From positions 18,538,001 through 18,602,000 of the forward strand of contig CM060733.1 of assembly GCA_030704615.1 (NCBI GenBank): a stretch of DNA of 64,000 nucleotides. The letters run 5' to 3'. The notes under the pieces are model-generated. The model was not told the origin of the DNA, made no database searches, and worked only from the letters and a program-made list of their open reading frames with translations. How positions within the stretch are numbered: the first letter of the stretch is position 1; each line of letters starts with the position of its first letter. The position numbers and the translations under genes were made by a program. This document shows, piece by piece, positions 13,519-26,800 of the stretch. Source of the stretch: Takakia lepidozioides (lineage: Eukaryota; Plantae; Bryophyta).

Positions 13519-13790
13519 GGGGGTTTCATAAATTTTGGACTTACGGTGTGGGAGATATTGAATTTTAAGTATTTTTTATCATTAGAAATGCATAAAAAAT
13601 AGCAAACTGGGCTTTTCTGGAATTTGGGCCCTTCATTTGTCTTTGGTCATAAATTTAAATATGTATATATTGGAAAGACCTTGATAAGTAGGGGTGCATC
13701 GGGTGGTTTCATAATTTTTGGACCTACAATGTGGGAGACATTGAATTTCGAGTATTGGGTTTTCTAGATATTGACCCTTCACTTGTCTTT
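13519..13790. repeat. Two imperfect direct repeats (GGTTTCATAA..TTTTGGAC.TAC..TGTGGGAGA.ATTGAATTT...CCCTTCA.TTGTC), probable transposon subterminal repeats
   Basis: Copies at ~13519-13645 and ~13701-13790. Confidence 0.6.
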
Positions 13791-14091
13791 TGGTACACAT
13801 GGTCATGAATGTATGTGCTCAATGGCACAGACAACACTAATGTATTTTTCATTAGCACAGAAAGAAAAAGTGCAAATAAGATATGCAAAACTAGAAAATG
13901 AAATTAAGGAAGGAAAGTTACTATGATGACACAAACTCATTCATGAAGATTCTAGTATGAGAAAAAAAATGATGTATATGATTTATGAATCTATTAAACT
14001 TTATAAAATATTGTTGAATTATTTCTTGAAGATTTTTGTGGTACTATGAGGTGGGATACTAGGTGGAACTTAGTAATTCAAATGGTCTTGC

Positions 14092-14092
<1 letters not shown>

Positions 14093-14132
<40 letters not shown>
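14093..14132. repeat. (CA)n(TA)n microsatellite
   Basis: Directly visible. Confidence 0.95.
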
Positions 14133-14135
<3 letters not shown>

Positions 14136-14816
14136 GGGTTAGGGTTGTGAAAACTACTTTAGACATTAAGGGGTTAATGCAATGAGGATATACAATATTG
14201 GGTCTATGTCATTCTCTCTTCCACATATATATGTAATGGATACAAACTATGACACTTTTGTTCCAAATATACTTTAAAGCTCTAAGCACACAATAACATT
14301 TATAACATTTATATGAACACTTATATAATGGAGTATATGATTCAATTAAATATTATCATTGCATATTGTCCAAATTGTACAATATTATTATTGTGATTGG
14401 CATATAAGAATGAATGTAAGTGTAACAACAATATGTGCTTGTATATCAAACACCCATAGTGAAGTCCAAAGATAATTGGACTCTGAAATACTTAAATTCA
14501 CAATTGCAAAGGCTCTATAATATTGATCTATGTTTATAGTAAATGTATACATTTTTTTTTTTTTCATAATTCCATGAAGATGTTTAGGTGATGCAAGTAA
14601 GGTGAAAATTATTAGTGCATATATTCACTTTTGCCAAGCATACACAACCCGCCAACCATTGTACATTAAATTTGTGAGGTCAAGAGATATGATGTCCTCG
14701 GTCAACGCGCCAAGATTGTGATGGAGCGGTGGGCATTGGGGGCTATCTTTGAATTTCTAGACCAAAGGATGGTAACTTTGTGACGCAACAGGCCATCACC
14801 TTTAACTTCAACTGAG

Positions 14817-15748
14817 CTAGTTTCCACCAAAAAGATATCCCAGGGATGACCCTCCGCCAGGAGCAGCCTGTACCTTTGTTGTTGGGCGATCCTGAACAAG
14901 AGAACACCACAAATAGTTGTTTGAATCTATGTGGAAGATCCTAACAAGCCAAAAACACCACAATGACAAGAATTTCATTCAATGCCTTAAAAGAGTTTTA
15001 TTTTTAAAATCTAATAGTATAATAATAGGATTTAAATCTAATCTCCATCTAATATTGTAATTATATGATTGTTCATTGACATAGCAATATCTACTCAAGA
15101 CTAAAATTGTGTCATTTAATATATTTGATATATTATGGAATAAAATGTACATGATGTGATCTACATCTAAAAAGAAATTGACAAAGTATTACGAATATAT
15201 TGCAAAATAAATATCATAATAATAAATAGATTAAAAAAATATATACTACATTGTCTAAGGCGCATTAGCTTTCATATATCTGAAGTGTCTTGTTGAATGG
15301 CAATGCTAGTTATTTAATCTTTGTTTACAAAATAACAGTTTTTGTAGATTTTGTTTTTGATAGACTCCAACTTGATGGTTGTCAGTGATCACTTCTTATG
15401 TTAGTGTCAAAAATTTGTTTTCAAATTCATGCATGTAGCACTAACCGTAATAAAATTGCCTGAATTTTGACCATTAGCGCGGTGGTAATTGTTGGAATTC
15501 CTTCCCATTCTTATTGGCCCCATATTCAGGGATGTTCCACTATCATCTATTTTTTCTGCAAGAGGTTTGTCATGAACTGGGACATTCCTCACAAAACCTG
15601 TGGAGGGAGGATGGTCATGAACAACGGCTTGGGGGGGTTCATCTTGAACTGGAGCCCTATTGTTGGGTTTGGGACGTGGAGGATCACTACCTCCAAATAA
15701 ATACCCCAAAGAACTTTGTCCTCCACCGCTGCTTATACCACGTCCCAT
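14817..15748 (-). CDS. SP1L: SPIRAL1-like microtubule-associated protein (exons 15446-15748 and 14817-14891)
   Basis: MGRGISSGGGQSSLGYLFG N-terminus, NNYHRANGQNSGNFIT|DRPTTKVQAAPGGGSSLGYLFGGN* C-terminus; canonical GT-AG intron. Confidence 0.93.
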
Positions 15749-16399
15749 TTTGTGTTTGAGTTATATTTTTTGCAAACAATATAGGATAGACTCCACTTCT
15801 AATATTTAAATGCTCAAGAATTTGAAACAAATTAAAGACACAATTTTTTGAAGTTTCTCAGGTGAGTCTAGCTTCCTATCCAACTTGGAATTATGTAAAT
15901 TAGTCGTTTTAATCATTAATTTGGATGCGTGTGACTCTTGTTTCATGACAATATTATATCTCGCTGCTAAAAACCAGAAAATCCTCTCATGGAAGGAAGG
16001 AACCAACTATTGCATTTACAAGAGGTGGAAGGTAGTTATAACAAACTATTCAAATTATATATTTAATAATTAGTTTATTCAAAGATTCAAAATTATCATT
16101 TATTATATCAAACATTCATCTCAAATGGATGAATAATACTTATATCTATAGTTAAATTGTGTTATTTGGTTTTGATTACGGTGGGAAATAGGGGCTAGAT
16201 TCGTACCACAAGAGCTTTGACAATTATTTTGTACATTTGGAACTAAGACTTCAACCATTATGTATGTATTTATTTATTTAAATGAAAGGGGAGGTATATA
16301 TTTGCATATCAATATCTTACAACTCATATAATGTGAAATAGCAGTTAATATTACAAATATTAATTAGACTTCAATTTTAATTCTCTGAGTTAGCAAATG

Positions 16400-17960
16400 A
16401 TGAATTAACTGCAGACATGGGGCAAGGCTCTGATACGGCCAGAGGGGAAGATTCAGACCCTGTTAGGGTTCAGCAGGAAGAAGAACGAACTGGTGACAAC
16501 AGCACCATGGAAGTAGAGTGGATACAGGTTGATTTGTCGAGCCTGAGACCACTAGGCAAGGCATCAGAAGGCCCAAACGAGGAACACTGTGCAAGATCTG
16601 TAATGACTTGAGATACAATCGTCACACACTAACCCAACATAGGTCTTGGCAAACTCTCAGCAATGCTGAAACAATCACGAAGGCAAAGGAAGAGGCACAG
16701 CCTCATGGGAAGATGTATGGAGTACCTTTTTGCAGCGATCTTGATGAGTATGTGGAAGGAGGAGAAACTGATCCACTGCCAAGCACGGAGTACATGATGC
16801 AACCAACAGCACGGGTGTCATGTCAATTCACTGATACTGAGCTGGAGGCACTCAATGAACTAGACGAGATGTACCATAAGTGGTCATACTCAAAGAAGAT
16901 TGCAGCAGCACCCCACATCAACATGTTGACACGGGGAAGTGCGAAGAAGGCCAAATTGGGAGATGGAATGCCTATTTTGCAAAAATCCAAACAAAAGATT
17001 AATGATTTAAGTCAAGAACATGGATTTGGTGGAAAGGAGCACGTTGGCATGGACAATATCTACAGCAACTAGAGATATTCATGGAAGGATTTGACAAGAG
17101 CGAAGAAGAGGCTAGAACCCAGAGTCTAGATGCATTCATCGAAGACTGGGCAGACCAATAGATAAAAGAAGATGGAGAGTGAGCTAAGTGAGAAAATTGA
17201 GCAGGAAAGGGTGAGACCTTTGACAAAGAGAGAACAACTGGAGCTCATTCAAAGGGCAGAGGACGAACATGACAAAGCAGAAGGTGATGAAAGAGAATAC
17301 ACACCAACTGTTCATGAAGAGACAACACCAGACATCCTGAACGACGTTCAAGTAATGCCTTACCTTACGTTTGGCTCTGTCAACGAGTACCTTGACCTAA
17401 ATGAAAGAAAACGGGTGTTGAAGAGAGCCAGAGGCTATGTATAATGGGAAGGCAAAATTTTATACAAGGGCAAGCACGTACTTGAAAAGAAGGAACGATT
17501 GGGTATCATAGAGAGGATCCACCAAACTTTGGGTCACTTTGGGGTACACAGAACTCAAGTTGAAGTGTGCAAGCGCTTCTTCTGGCATAACCGCACTCAG
17601 GAGATAAGAGACACATTGAAGAAGTGCCTACCCTGTCAACAAGGGAAAACACTGGGAAGCCTTAGGTCTGGAGCAAAGAGGTTGAAAACCGCACCAGCAG
17701 CTTACCTGTTTTACAAAACCATATTTGACATTTACAGAGCTGGTATTACCGGAGACAAATGAGAGCAACAAATATGTGCTTATGGCTATTGATCCCAATT
17801 CTAAACGAATGATAGCAGCACCGGTGAGTGACAACTCAGCAATGATGGCAGGGCCGAGATTCCTGGAGAAGAAAGTTATAGTCCGCTCTGGAGCACCGAA
17901 GATAGTGCTTACAGATCAAGGCACTGAATGGGGCAACCTACACCAACGCTTCAAACCAAG
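16400..17960 (+). mobile_element. Degenerate Ty3/gypsy pol fragment (integrase zinc-binding domain and part of the DDE core)
   Basis: HQTLGHFGVHRT...FFW...CLPCQ; NKYVLMAID..SK; GAPKIVLTDQGTEW; stops and frameshifts; truncated. Confidence 0.8.
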
Positions 17961-18609
17961 CCCTAGTCCTTCGGGTTTTTTTTTTTTTTTTTTGGGAAGG
18001 CCCGAGAGAGGCCGAATTTTATTTTTCAAGAAGGATGAGGAAAAAATAACCTCAAATACAAGCCGTGAAGGCAGAGGAAGGGGACTCCGCCCTGGCTTCT
18101 TGATTTTGAAAAAACCTTTGACAAGGTCGACTAATATTTCCTTTTGATTGTCTTAAGGAAAACAGTTGTCCCTGAGGGTTTCTGCCAATAGGTGGAAATT
18201 CTCTTCTTTGATTCCTCTTGTACGGTAAAAATCAATGGGCGCCTCTCATTATAGAGTAATAGCATCTTAGGGTAATAATCCATAAACGCCTCTAGTTTTA
18301 GATTAATAGTGTTTTGAATTCACACGCTTAAGGCCCATTGGCCCCGCTAGGTACAAAGAAAGGCTCACCGGTATCGTGCCTGGCCCAGGATATGCCGCCG
18401 CCATCCCGCGGCGCCAAACCTTCCTTACTGAAGCCTTATCCCTGCGGTAGACCCTCATAACCAAGGGTTTGCCGCCTTATCCCTACGGTAGACGGTAGAC
18501 CCCCCTTACCCCGCATAATCTGTCATGAGACTTAGAGTTTTTTTTTAGTTTCTCCAATTCCAAAAGTTCTTATAAAATGTGACATATTGCAGACTCCCTG
18601 AGAATTAAC

Positions 18610-19167
18610 GAGTGTTGTACTGATATGTCCGTTTGGCATACCAGACTGGTCCTGGTAGGTCCAACTTGGCTGTTGGGTCGACCAACTGATAGGGCCCAAT
18701 GTAGATTAAGACTGGCCAGGGTAGGTTATAGGATGGGTATGGGTACTTCCAATTTTGAGATACCCTTAGGCATGGGTATGGCAAAAACTCTAATGACATA
18801 CTGGGGCAACATATACACAAAAGGTAAAAACAAAATTGCAATCACAAAGCTGATCAGCTAAACCTTTTGCGCCTCCCCACCTCAAAGATCCAGCCGCAAA
18901 AATGATAGCAAACACAACATGGCGCACCCTACTACCCCTCCCATCTAGTAACACTCCACCCGAGTACTATTCACAATCACAGTATGGCTCCGCCAGCTAC
19001 TGTGATTGGTATGGTATCAATTTGGGTATGTTAGGAACCCTGAACCCTAAGTTCTACACACTCCCGGATATAGGCTGTATGACATACCAGCCGGGTTGGT
19101 TTTGGCATACCCTTATCTATACCCTTGCACATACCCCGACCCACTAGCACATACCAGTTCAACACTG
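18610..19167. mobile_element. hAT-type MITE
   Basis: TIRs AGTGTTGTACTGATATGT / ACATACCAGTTCAACACT (16/18 match); 8-bp TSD GAATTAAC at 18602-18609 and 19168-19175; internal GGTATG/CATACC repeats. Confidence 0.85.
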
Positions 19168-21659
19168 GAATTAACCCCCGGACCAACTCATCACCATTGA
19201 TTACGACTTACCACCATGCTACCCAGTGCCCAGTGCTTGCTTGTCAACCTTGACATGAATACTTTTGGACAAGAACTAAAAATGCATTTAAACTCTAACA
19301 AACCAACCAAATTGAGTGTCTTCTTTTGACAAGTGGCCAGTAGGGTCGTAAAAATGGGGCAATATCTGAACTTCCAAGATGTTATTCTTTTGTAGCCACT
19401 ACTCACTAGGAACTACTGAGTCTCTAGAACATCAATGTCTTATTACTGCCAAGCTCCCCAGTTGATTTGGCCAATGGTGCAAGATTTTATCAACCTAGGA
19501 CAATATACCAGTTGTCCTTCGCTTGAACTATAACAAGAGAGGAAAAACGATGGCAATATTATACTGTCTAGTGGTCGAGACATTGAGAGGTGCCATTTCT
19601 TTGGCTTTTTTGGAAAGCTTGTTGCACATGGACCTTGGATAATAATGCTAATATTTCGGCTACTGCTTTGTTTACACATGTTTTTTTTTTAATCTTACCA
19701 TTGATGCTAAAAAAACATGGGCAAAATTGTGTGCAGACGTCGAGAAGACTCCAAAATGTCTCATTGTTACCTTCAGAGTAGGCCTCATACACAGCTGCAA
19801 TATTGAGGTTCATACATATACTAGCTAGAGCAATAATTCCACTACAATGGCAGCACCGTAGGACCCTCCTCTTCGGCATTCCCAGAATTAACAAATCTTA
19901 GATCAATTTGAAACATATCAAAGTGGCCACTAAAACTAGACTACATTATCATATAAGATCACAGTTTCAATTGAATAATTCTTAGCGAGGTTCAATGGCA
20001 GGCCGGCCCTCTTCTGGCTTTTGCTTCCACCTTTGCTAAACTCTCTATCACTTGGGGTTGTTGGTGGTTCTGTTCCTTCATATTTCTTTTTGCTACGCTG
20101 GGTATTTTTGGACCTGCCATTGGGATCTTTGCATGCTTCTCCAGTTCTCACTCGTGGCAACGCACGAGCATGAACATCTAGCAATGCACACATCCAACAC
20201 ATTGAGCTTTGTTGAGCACACTTTTGTACACCAGGTTGTACATACGAAAAAGGACCCATACACCAAACTCAAGGTGAGGCAACACCCCCACGTGGCGGAC
20301 TGCCACGGGGTGCCCTGATTACAAAGGATCTCAAGCGTCAATGCAGCAACGACCTAGATCATGCCAGGCTCCACTAGGGTTATCTCAAGGCTGGGTATGA
20401 GTTAGGGATATAACGGCCATGCGTCGGCGTATAGTAATGACCCTGGATGAATGTCTGACATGAATGGATGAAAAGGGGCATTGAGGGCTAGGAGAACATG
20501 CGCCATCACAGAGTGTGATCAGTAGAGAGACATAAACAAAAGCAGCTAGATTTGCAAATGGGATACTTCAAATCATTCGATGACTGAATTGTAATAATTC
20601 TCAAAGATGTTCTTTTTAGAGAGAGAAAAAATAGAAAAATTAAAAGAATTAAAAGGTATGAGAATTCACTTAGGGATATAATCAAGATATCACTCTTAGA
20701 TAGGGAAGTCGTACTAAAATTACCTAAATGCATGAACCATGTCGAGCTATCGAATTGATGCCAATTAGTCATTGTATGGCCATTCGTCATTATGTTCATT
20801 ATTCACATAATCAGGAGCCGTTAAACATAATTCCTATTCCCTAGCTCCATTATTTAAATCATGCATCTAGCTATTATTCATCCATCCAATAACTACGGAC
20901 GCTTGCGAATATTTGCAGCAAATGAGGATATCCAAATGACAACATGGGGGTGGATTCACATGTTGGTTCGGGAGTTGCTAGGAAAGAAGTGGCATGTTGA
21001 AAGGAGCCCCAAGACAATGAGAACCCCCTCCTCACCAACTGTCCCATGTGGAGAAAATTGGGGTTCACCCTCTAAGTGGGCAAATGTACAAGAAACTCAA
21101 AAGAGTCATCAACTCCTAATTTGTAGAGAGCTCCGAACATCTGGCCACCAATCAATCGGTTCAGGGTAAAAAGAGGTCAGCCCTATCTGGTGATTTGTCC
21201 ATTGCCTTTGGGAAGGCTCTGCAAATTCATAACTTTCCACCTGAAGGTGAACGAAGGATGCGTGTCTGACCTATCTTATTCAAGGGCAAATTAGGAATGA
21301 CAAAAAAATCCTTTGTGGGAGGAAGACTGATTCACAGTGTGCTTTATTCTTAGTGTAATATTTTTGCCACCCCAAATCAAACCTGGACAAAAGGGATTGC
21401 AAGGAGGATTGTCATGGAGCAGCAATCCATAAGCTTGGTAAAATCCTTGCCTCAAAGTGCATCATTGTTTGTCAGTTGAAGGGAGGTTGGGAGGATGCTG
21501 AATGGATTCACTTTTGGGAGGTGGAGCAAGCAGACAATTTTGCATGCATTACTCTGGCCCTTATTGAGCTCAAAGAAGGTGTCATGAGTAAGTCTAGAAG
21601 TAAGTTCCAATAGAGGAATTATGGGCGATAAATTCCAAAAAAATCGCCTAGTAGTGGAA

Positions 21660-22740
21660 GATCAGGTGCCTAATCGTGGACCCGTTAGACTTGTGATGAG
21701 GCTATGTTTACTCTCAGAGAGAGAGAAGACTCCGGCCGTAGCCGGCGTAACTAAGAGCCACTTCGCCTTGCGGCTACTGCCCCCTTCGGGGGTGGGCCCT
21801 ATAAAAGGAAGGGTGTCCTGTGGGACACCAGGTAACCGAGGAGAGAGAGGGAGGGGGGTTGCTATGAACCCCCTGTTCCCAGGGGGGACCCAGGGTGCAC
21901 TAGAAGGGCTAGCTTCGAGTTGGCGTTTGTTGGTGATAATGGCTGTAAGGGAGCGGAGTGCTGTAAGATGGATTGCTTTGAAGCATTGATGGATTGGGAA
22001 AATGGGTGTTTTGAAGTTATCATGTAAATCATTGATACTGGCGTTGTGTATGCCGCCCCGGGTTCCGGCAGTGACGACTGTGAGGGGGCCAGTCTTCCAT
22101 CCTTGTCGACAAATTGCAAGAATGAGTGGGGCATATTTTTGTCGTTTTAAAAAAGATTGAATCGTTGGGGTATCGATCGTGGTAGAATGTAAACTCAATA
22201 AAGTGGATGATGAACTGTGGGGATGGTGAGGTAGGTGATGAGGCATTAACGGGTAGTCCCTGGATGCATAGCCGGGTAGGGCATGAGCAGGGTGCTCGTG
22301 TGCATGTGCATGGTAAAAGTCATGGCGGCACAGTGTGATCTGGTGGCCTCCCTTGGAAGATACTGGGTGAACCATCGGGTTTCGGCGCGTTTTGTGAATA
22401 GTTTGTGGAGATGCCAGACTGCTTGGTTGTGTCGAGTGATATGAAGACCATGGATGACCAGATGCGTGCATTGGCTCAGGATGTGCGACCAGGTATCACG
22501 TGCATTGTGGGTTGTGGAGCACAGTGGGCAGTAAGGTGATGGAAAAAAATGTGGCTAGAAAATGTATTGGGCATATCTAAATTTGAGTGTCTGGCATATT
22601 TGTGCGTCAGCGGTAGCTTTGGTTTGCCATAAGTGGTTCGAGAGTTTGTGGTGTAGTACTTCGGATTGGGTCCATTTTTAAATATGTACTTTGGTATGAC
22701 TGATAGAGGCTGCAGCTTGTTTGTTTGCTTCACGAGTGAG
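21660..22740 (-). mobile_element. 3' relic of a non-LTR retrotransposon with a restriction-like endonuclease (RLE) domain
   Basis: LCIQGLP...HFIEFTFYHDR...KYAPLILAICRQGWKTGPLTVVTAGTRGGIH resembles the PD..E..D / K.Y..L....GW...G.RG signature of RLE LINEs. Confidence 0.55.
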
Positions 22741-22830
22741 GGCTTTACGGCTTTAGTTTAGTCATTGCAAGAGGTTTAGGCTACTTCAAGGCAAGCTCAG
22801 TGGCCCTTTTTCCTTCATGAGAATCCGAGA

Positions 22831-22877
22831 TACACGGTAGCTTAGTTGGATAGAGCACTATGTTCCACCCATGTGAT
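22831..22877 (+). mobile_element. 5' half of a tRNA-derived SINE-like sequence (A box) split by the gypsy insertion; 3' half at 35320-35390
   Basis: GGTAGCTTAGTTGGATAGAGC...TGAT | TGATTCTGGTTTCAAATCCTGCTAC; the rejoined sequence aligns with the intact copy at 38121-38245(-). Confidence 0.7.
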
Positions 22878-22964
22878 TGTCGTGCGCATACATATCGCTA
22901 CACAACTACATCGCTGTCCAAACCACACCACACATATATGCACAATAAAGTAGTCTACCACAAT
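22878..22964. repeat. Terminal repeat block A, copy 1 (87 bp)
   Basis: Identical by eye to 23323-23409. Confidence 0.95.
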
Positions 22965-23320
22965 GATAACCAAACTAGATAAGGACACACACTCTCAACA
23001 CAAGAAATATGCAATCCCTCAACATCACTCTTTAAGATAATAGTCGAGCCAGGGGCACCCCAAGCTATGGGGACTCCACCCCACAACAACCTACACTCCC
23101 ATCATAAGCACACTCAGATCTGAAGAATGCAGGAGCTCGGTCGCGCAGGCTCAACTCGAGAGAGATGAGCTGCGCGACTGCCGCTCTCGTGAAGATAAGA
23201 CGGACCAGGTGTCAAACTAAACTTGACACCTGATTTAACACTTGACCTAAATCCAAGTGTTAAATACAAATAACTAGTTTTATTCTAGCTGTTTTCACAC
23301 TGTGCTTATTTAACTTGACA
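22964..23320. repeat. Terminal repeat block B, copy 1 (357 bp)
   Basis: Matches 34963-35319 with one substitution seen (TATTCTAG vs TATGCTAG). Confidence 0.95.
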
Positions 23321-23322
23321 GC

Positions 23323-23409
23323 TGTCGTGCGCATACATATCGCTACACAACTACATCGCTGTCCAAACCACACCACACATATATGCACAATAAAGTAGTC
23401 TACCACAAT
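23323..23409. repeat. Terminal repeat block A, copy 2
   Basis: Identical to 22878-22964; separated from B1 by GC. Confidence 0.95.
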
Positions 23410-23420
23410 CGCCCCCCTAG
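23410..23420 (-). promoter_or_regulatory. Polypurine tract of the DNMT-gypsy element
   Basis: Minus strand CTAGGGGGGCG-AT-TGTGGTAG, downstream of the integrase stop. Confidence 0.7.
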
Positions 23421-23666
23421 CTGGTGGATAGGTCCCTCTACCTCCAGATAGCTACAAGATGTAATAGCCACAGCCGTACTAAGTCCTCTATCACTGTCTT
23501 TATCGTGCTCAAACTCTATAACCAAGAGGCCGGGTACAAGAGTAGCCCCATCGTTAGTCGCCGTCTTGCAATCTGTGAACTTGAGCCAAGATCTCGTGTG
23601 TTCAAGGTCTCCTAGTAGCTGGGCCTTGCGTTTCTTGTTAGCCTTCCATGGTTGTATCCACTCCCA

Positions 23667-24950
23667 CTATCCAATGCAATGTGGACATAACCAATCCCCA
23701 TCCGGAACCATCTCAAGAGGTGGAGTCAAGCATCCCATATGCCAACCTCTAGAGCACCGATCACATACCAGCATGGTGGCTGCCCCTTTAGCAGACCCAC
23801 ACAACATGCACCTCAAACCTGCAGATACCACTGCCAGGTTTGGGTCAATCCTGCCATCGACATTCGGAAGGTGACATGGCGCACAATTACGCACATGGTC
23901 CTTCCAAGTGATGCCATCCCGACCCTCCAAGACCAAGACGCCTGAGGGCAAGACCTCTCGAACCCTCAAAATAACACGTCCTGCAGTCACATCCAGGGTC
24001 GTAGGAGCAGTCTGCTGCAGATAGACATAGTCACCAGGGTTGAATCTCCGAACCCCAGGACGATAGCCCCCACCACGTATGGTAGCATACCTCAACGTAT
24101 CACGGTGTTGTGCAATGGCAAGGTTCTCGAAAGCCATGGGCATGACTCTCTTGAACAACTCTGCACGCTGCTCACATGCACGTGCCCACACGTCCGGATC
24201 GTCAAGGTTAAGAACTGTAGCAGCTTCTCTGCGAATGGATGTAGGCAAATCCGGCTCTCGGCCAAAGAGAAGAAAGTATGGTGAGAAGGAGGCAAGTGAT
24301 GCTTGCTTGCTGAACCTGTAGCCCATGGCTAACCAGGGTAACTGAAGGTCCCAATCTCCTAGGTGTCCCTTCTGCAAGCCATACTTGCGCAAACCCCTCT
24401 TTACTGTCTGAACAACTCTCTCTGCCAAGCCATCGGCTTCAGGATGATCCCGAGAAGTGGTGCGGTGGTCTATCAAGGCCTTGTCACACAAAGCCTGAAA
24501 CTCCCCAAGAACTCTCTCCCTTGGTCCGTGAGTACCTCAGCTGGAGCACCGAATCGGCTAAGCACACAATCCAGGAATGCATACGCAGCTCCCTCACTAG
24601 CCTTATCAGGCAATGGAACCAATTCAATCCACTTGGAGAAGTGCTCCACCATCACCAACACGTACTTGTTGTGGCGCATGGTCAGTGGCAACGGCCCTGC
24701 GAAGTCAAGACTCCACCTGTAGCCCAATCCCATGATCGGAAGAGGTTGCAATTGTGGAGTAGGGGCGTTGAATGAAGCACGCACCCTGTCACACACCATG
24801 CACCTAGCCACAAATTGTTGCACCTCTGTGTGCATACCACGCCACCAATACTGCCCCTGCAGTAGACTATGAGTGCGTCGCACCCCAAAATGCCCCAACT
24901 CCTCATGGGCATGCCGCACTAACCGTGCCCGCTGTGTTGGGTGAGGCACA
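23667..24950 (-). CDS. Integrase (HHCC, DDE core) with C-terminal PHD finger; one frameshift near 24490
   Basis: HAHEELGHFG...CMVC; SLDFAGP; LTDQGREF; DGLAERVV; SPYFLLFGR; PHD CMLC...CDRC...HMGC...CPHC. Confidence 0.93.
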
Positions 24951-25299
24951 ATCCTCACTCGACCATCCTCCCACACTCGGAGCAGGTGTGTCCCCTCCCA
25001 CCTGAACCTCTTGGCTCGTTGTAGGATCCGATCCCTCTCCTTGGCAGTCATAGTGGCTGCCGTGTCTCCACTGCGGAGGTAGTCCAACACAACTGAATCC
25101 TCATGTATATCTTTGGCGCCACCCTGCTCATTGCTGGCCTCAGGGTCCTCAGACACTTGATCTACAGTCATCCCTGTTGTAGGTCCAACCTGGCCTTCCG
25201 CTGCCAAGATACACAGAAATGCAGATGCATGCCATCCGGGCACCATCTCCTCGTCCGTCTCACCATGCCACCGAGCTCCAGTGTCATCCTGCTGGCTCG

Positions 25300-26800
25300 T
25301 GCATGGATTGCGACTCAACCCATCTGCATTTCGATTGACCAAACCCGGTCGATGCACCACCTGAAAGTCATACTCTTGAAGGATGAGTGCCCACCGTGCA
25401 AGCTTCCCCGTAAGCTTGTCTGACTCCATCAACCACTTGAGTGGTTGGTGATCCGTGACAAGGGTGAAGAGATTGCCGTATAGATAGCACCTGAAGTGTG
25501 CCACGGCCCACACTGCAGCTAAGCATTCTCCCTCATATGAGCTATACTTAGACTCTGCAGCATTGTTCGAGCGGCTAGCATAAGCCACTACGAACTCTCT
25601 TCCCTCATCATCCACCTGTGTGAGCACCGCTCCAAGCCCCAGCATGCTCCAATCTGTATGCAGCTGAAAAGGACGCCCCCTGATAGGTCGTCTCAAGATG
25701 GGCGCCGAGGTCAACCTCGCCTTGAGCTCTTGAAAAGCTTGTTCTTGCTCATCTTCCCACTGCCACTCCTGGTCCACCTTGGTCAGCTTGGTTAGAGCCT
25801 TTGCAATGGCACTAAATCCCTTAACAAACCGTCTGTAATAGTTGCTAACCCCATGAAAGCTCGAACTCGGCTCACATCCGTGGGGCGTGGAACCTGTGCA
25901 ATGGACTCTACCTTAGTCTGCTGTACCCCCAATCCTCCAGGATATATCATGTGACCAGATACTCAATCTGGTTGTGGAAAAACTTGCACTTGCCCGGATG
26001 TAACTTCAATCCGTGCGTCCTCAAGCGCTCAAATACCCCCTGAAGGTGTCTCTCATGCTCCTCCACCGTAGCACTAAAGATGATGATGTCATCTATGTAG
26101 CACCGAGCAAACTCCACCCCTGCTAGAATCCTGTCCATGACTCTTTGAAACTCAGCGGGAGCGTTTTTAAGCCCAAATGGTAAGAACCGCCACTGGTATA
26201 GGCAATCCTTCCCGTGCTCATTGATCCCCCAGAATGCCGTCTTTTGCTTATCCGCCTCCTTGATCGGCAACTGGTGATATCCGGATCGTAAATCCAACGT
26301 GCTAAAGACCTTGGAATGCCCAATGGCATCAAAGATCTCCTCTGGTGTTGGCATGGCATACCTATCGGACTTGGTCTGACGATTTACAGGCCGGTAATCA
26401 CCGCACATACGTCTCTCCGTCCAATTGCCATAGACATCCTTCTTAGCTGGCATCACTGTGGCTGAAGCATACTCTCCACCAGAGAGCTCCACCAAAAACC
26501 TGCCTCCCAGAGATCTTGAGTCCTCATCTGAATCAAAGACCTCTCCATGTCACTGTATCTATAGGGTCTCCGAAAGATTGGCGTGTCAGTGGCCAACTCA
26601 ATACGGATCTCTTGACCCTTCAGTGCTCCCAAGTCCTTCAAACTGAAGGCAAAGCAATTCCTGTAAGCCCTCAGGAACCGCCGTATACGTCGTCTCTCTC
26701 CTCCGGTGACAATGGGTCCAATGTCAGGCTCCCAATTGTCCTCCGTAACTGCAACCTTAAGTCCAGTGGGCTTAGAGGTAGAGGACGCGTCCCGTGGTTG
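25300..26800 (-). CDS. Reverse transcriptase and RNase H (frameshifted in this assembly)
   Basis: RMCGDYRPVN, FSTLDLRSGYHQ, LPFGLKNAPAEFQR, YIDD, KCKF; RH LHTDWS, VAYASR, YEGECLA, VTDHQPL, NADGLSR. Confidence 0.95.

Larger units (their letters stand above)
5171..13790. mobile_element. Mutator-like (MULE) DNA transposon, interrupted on the left by the LTR element; right boundary approximate
   Basis: MULE/SWIM transposase on +, convergent accessory gene on -, repeated sequence blocks near 13520-13790. Confidence 0.6.

Noticed and set aside
19180-21600. Several short ORFs
   Set aside because: No recognisable motifs or consistent frame; likely decayed repeats or intergenic DNA
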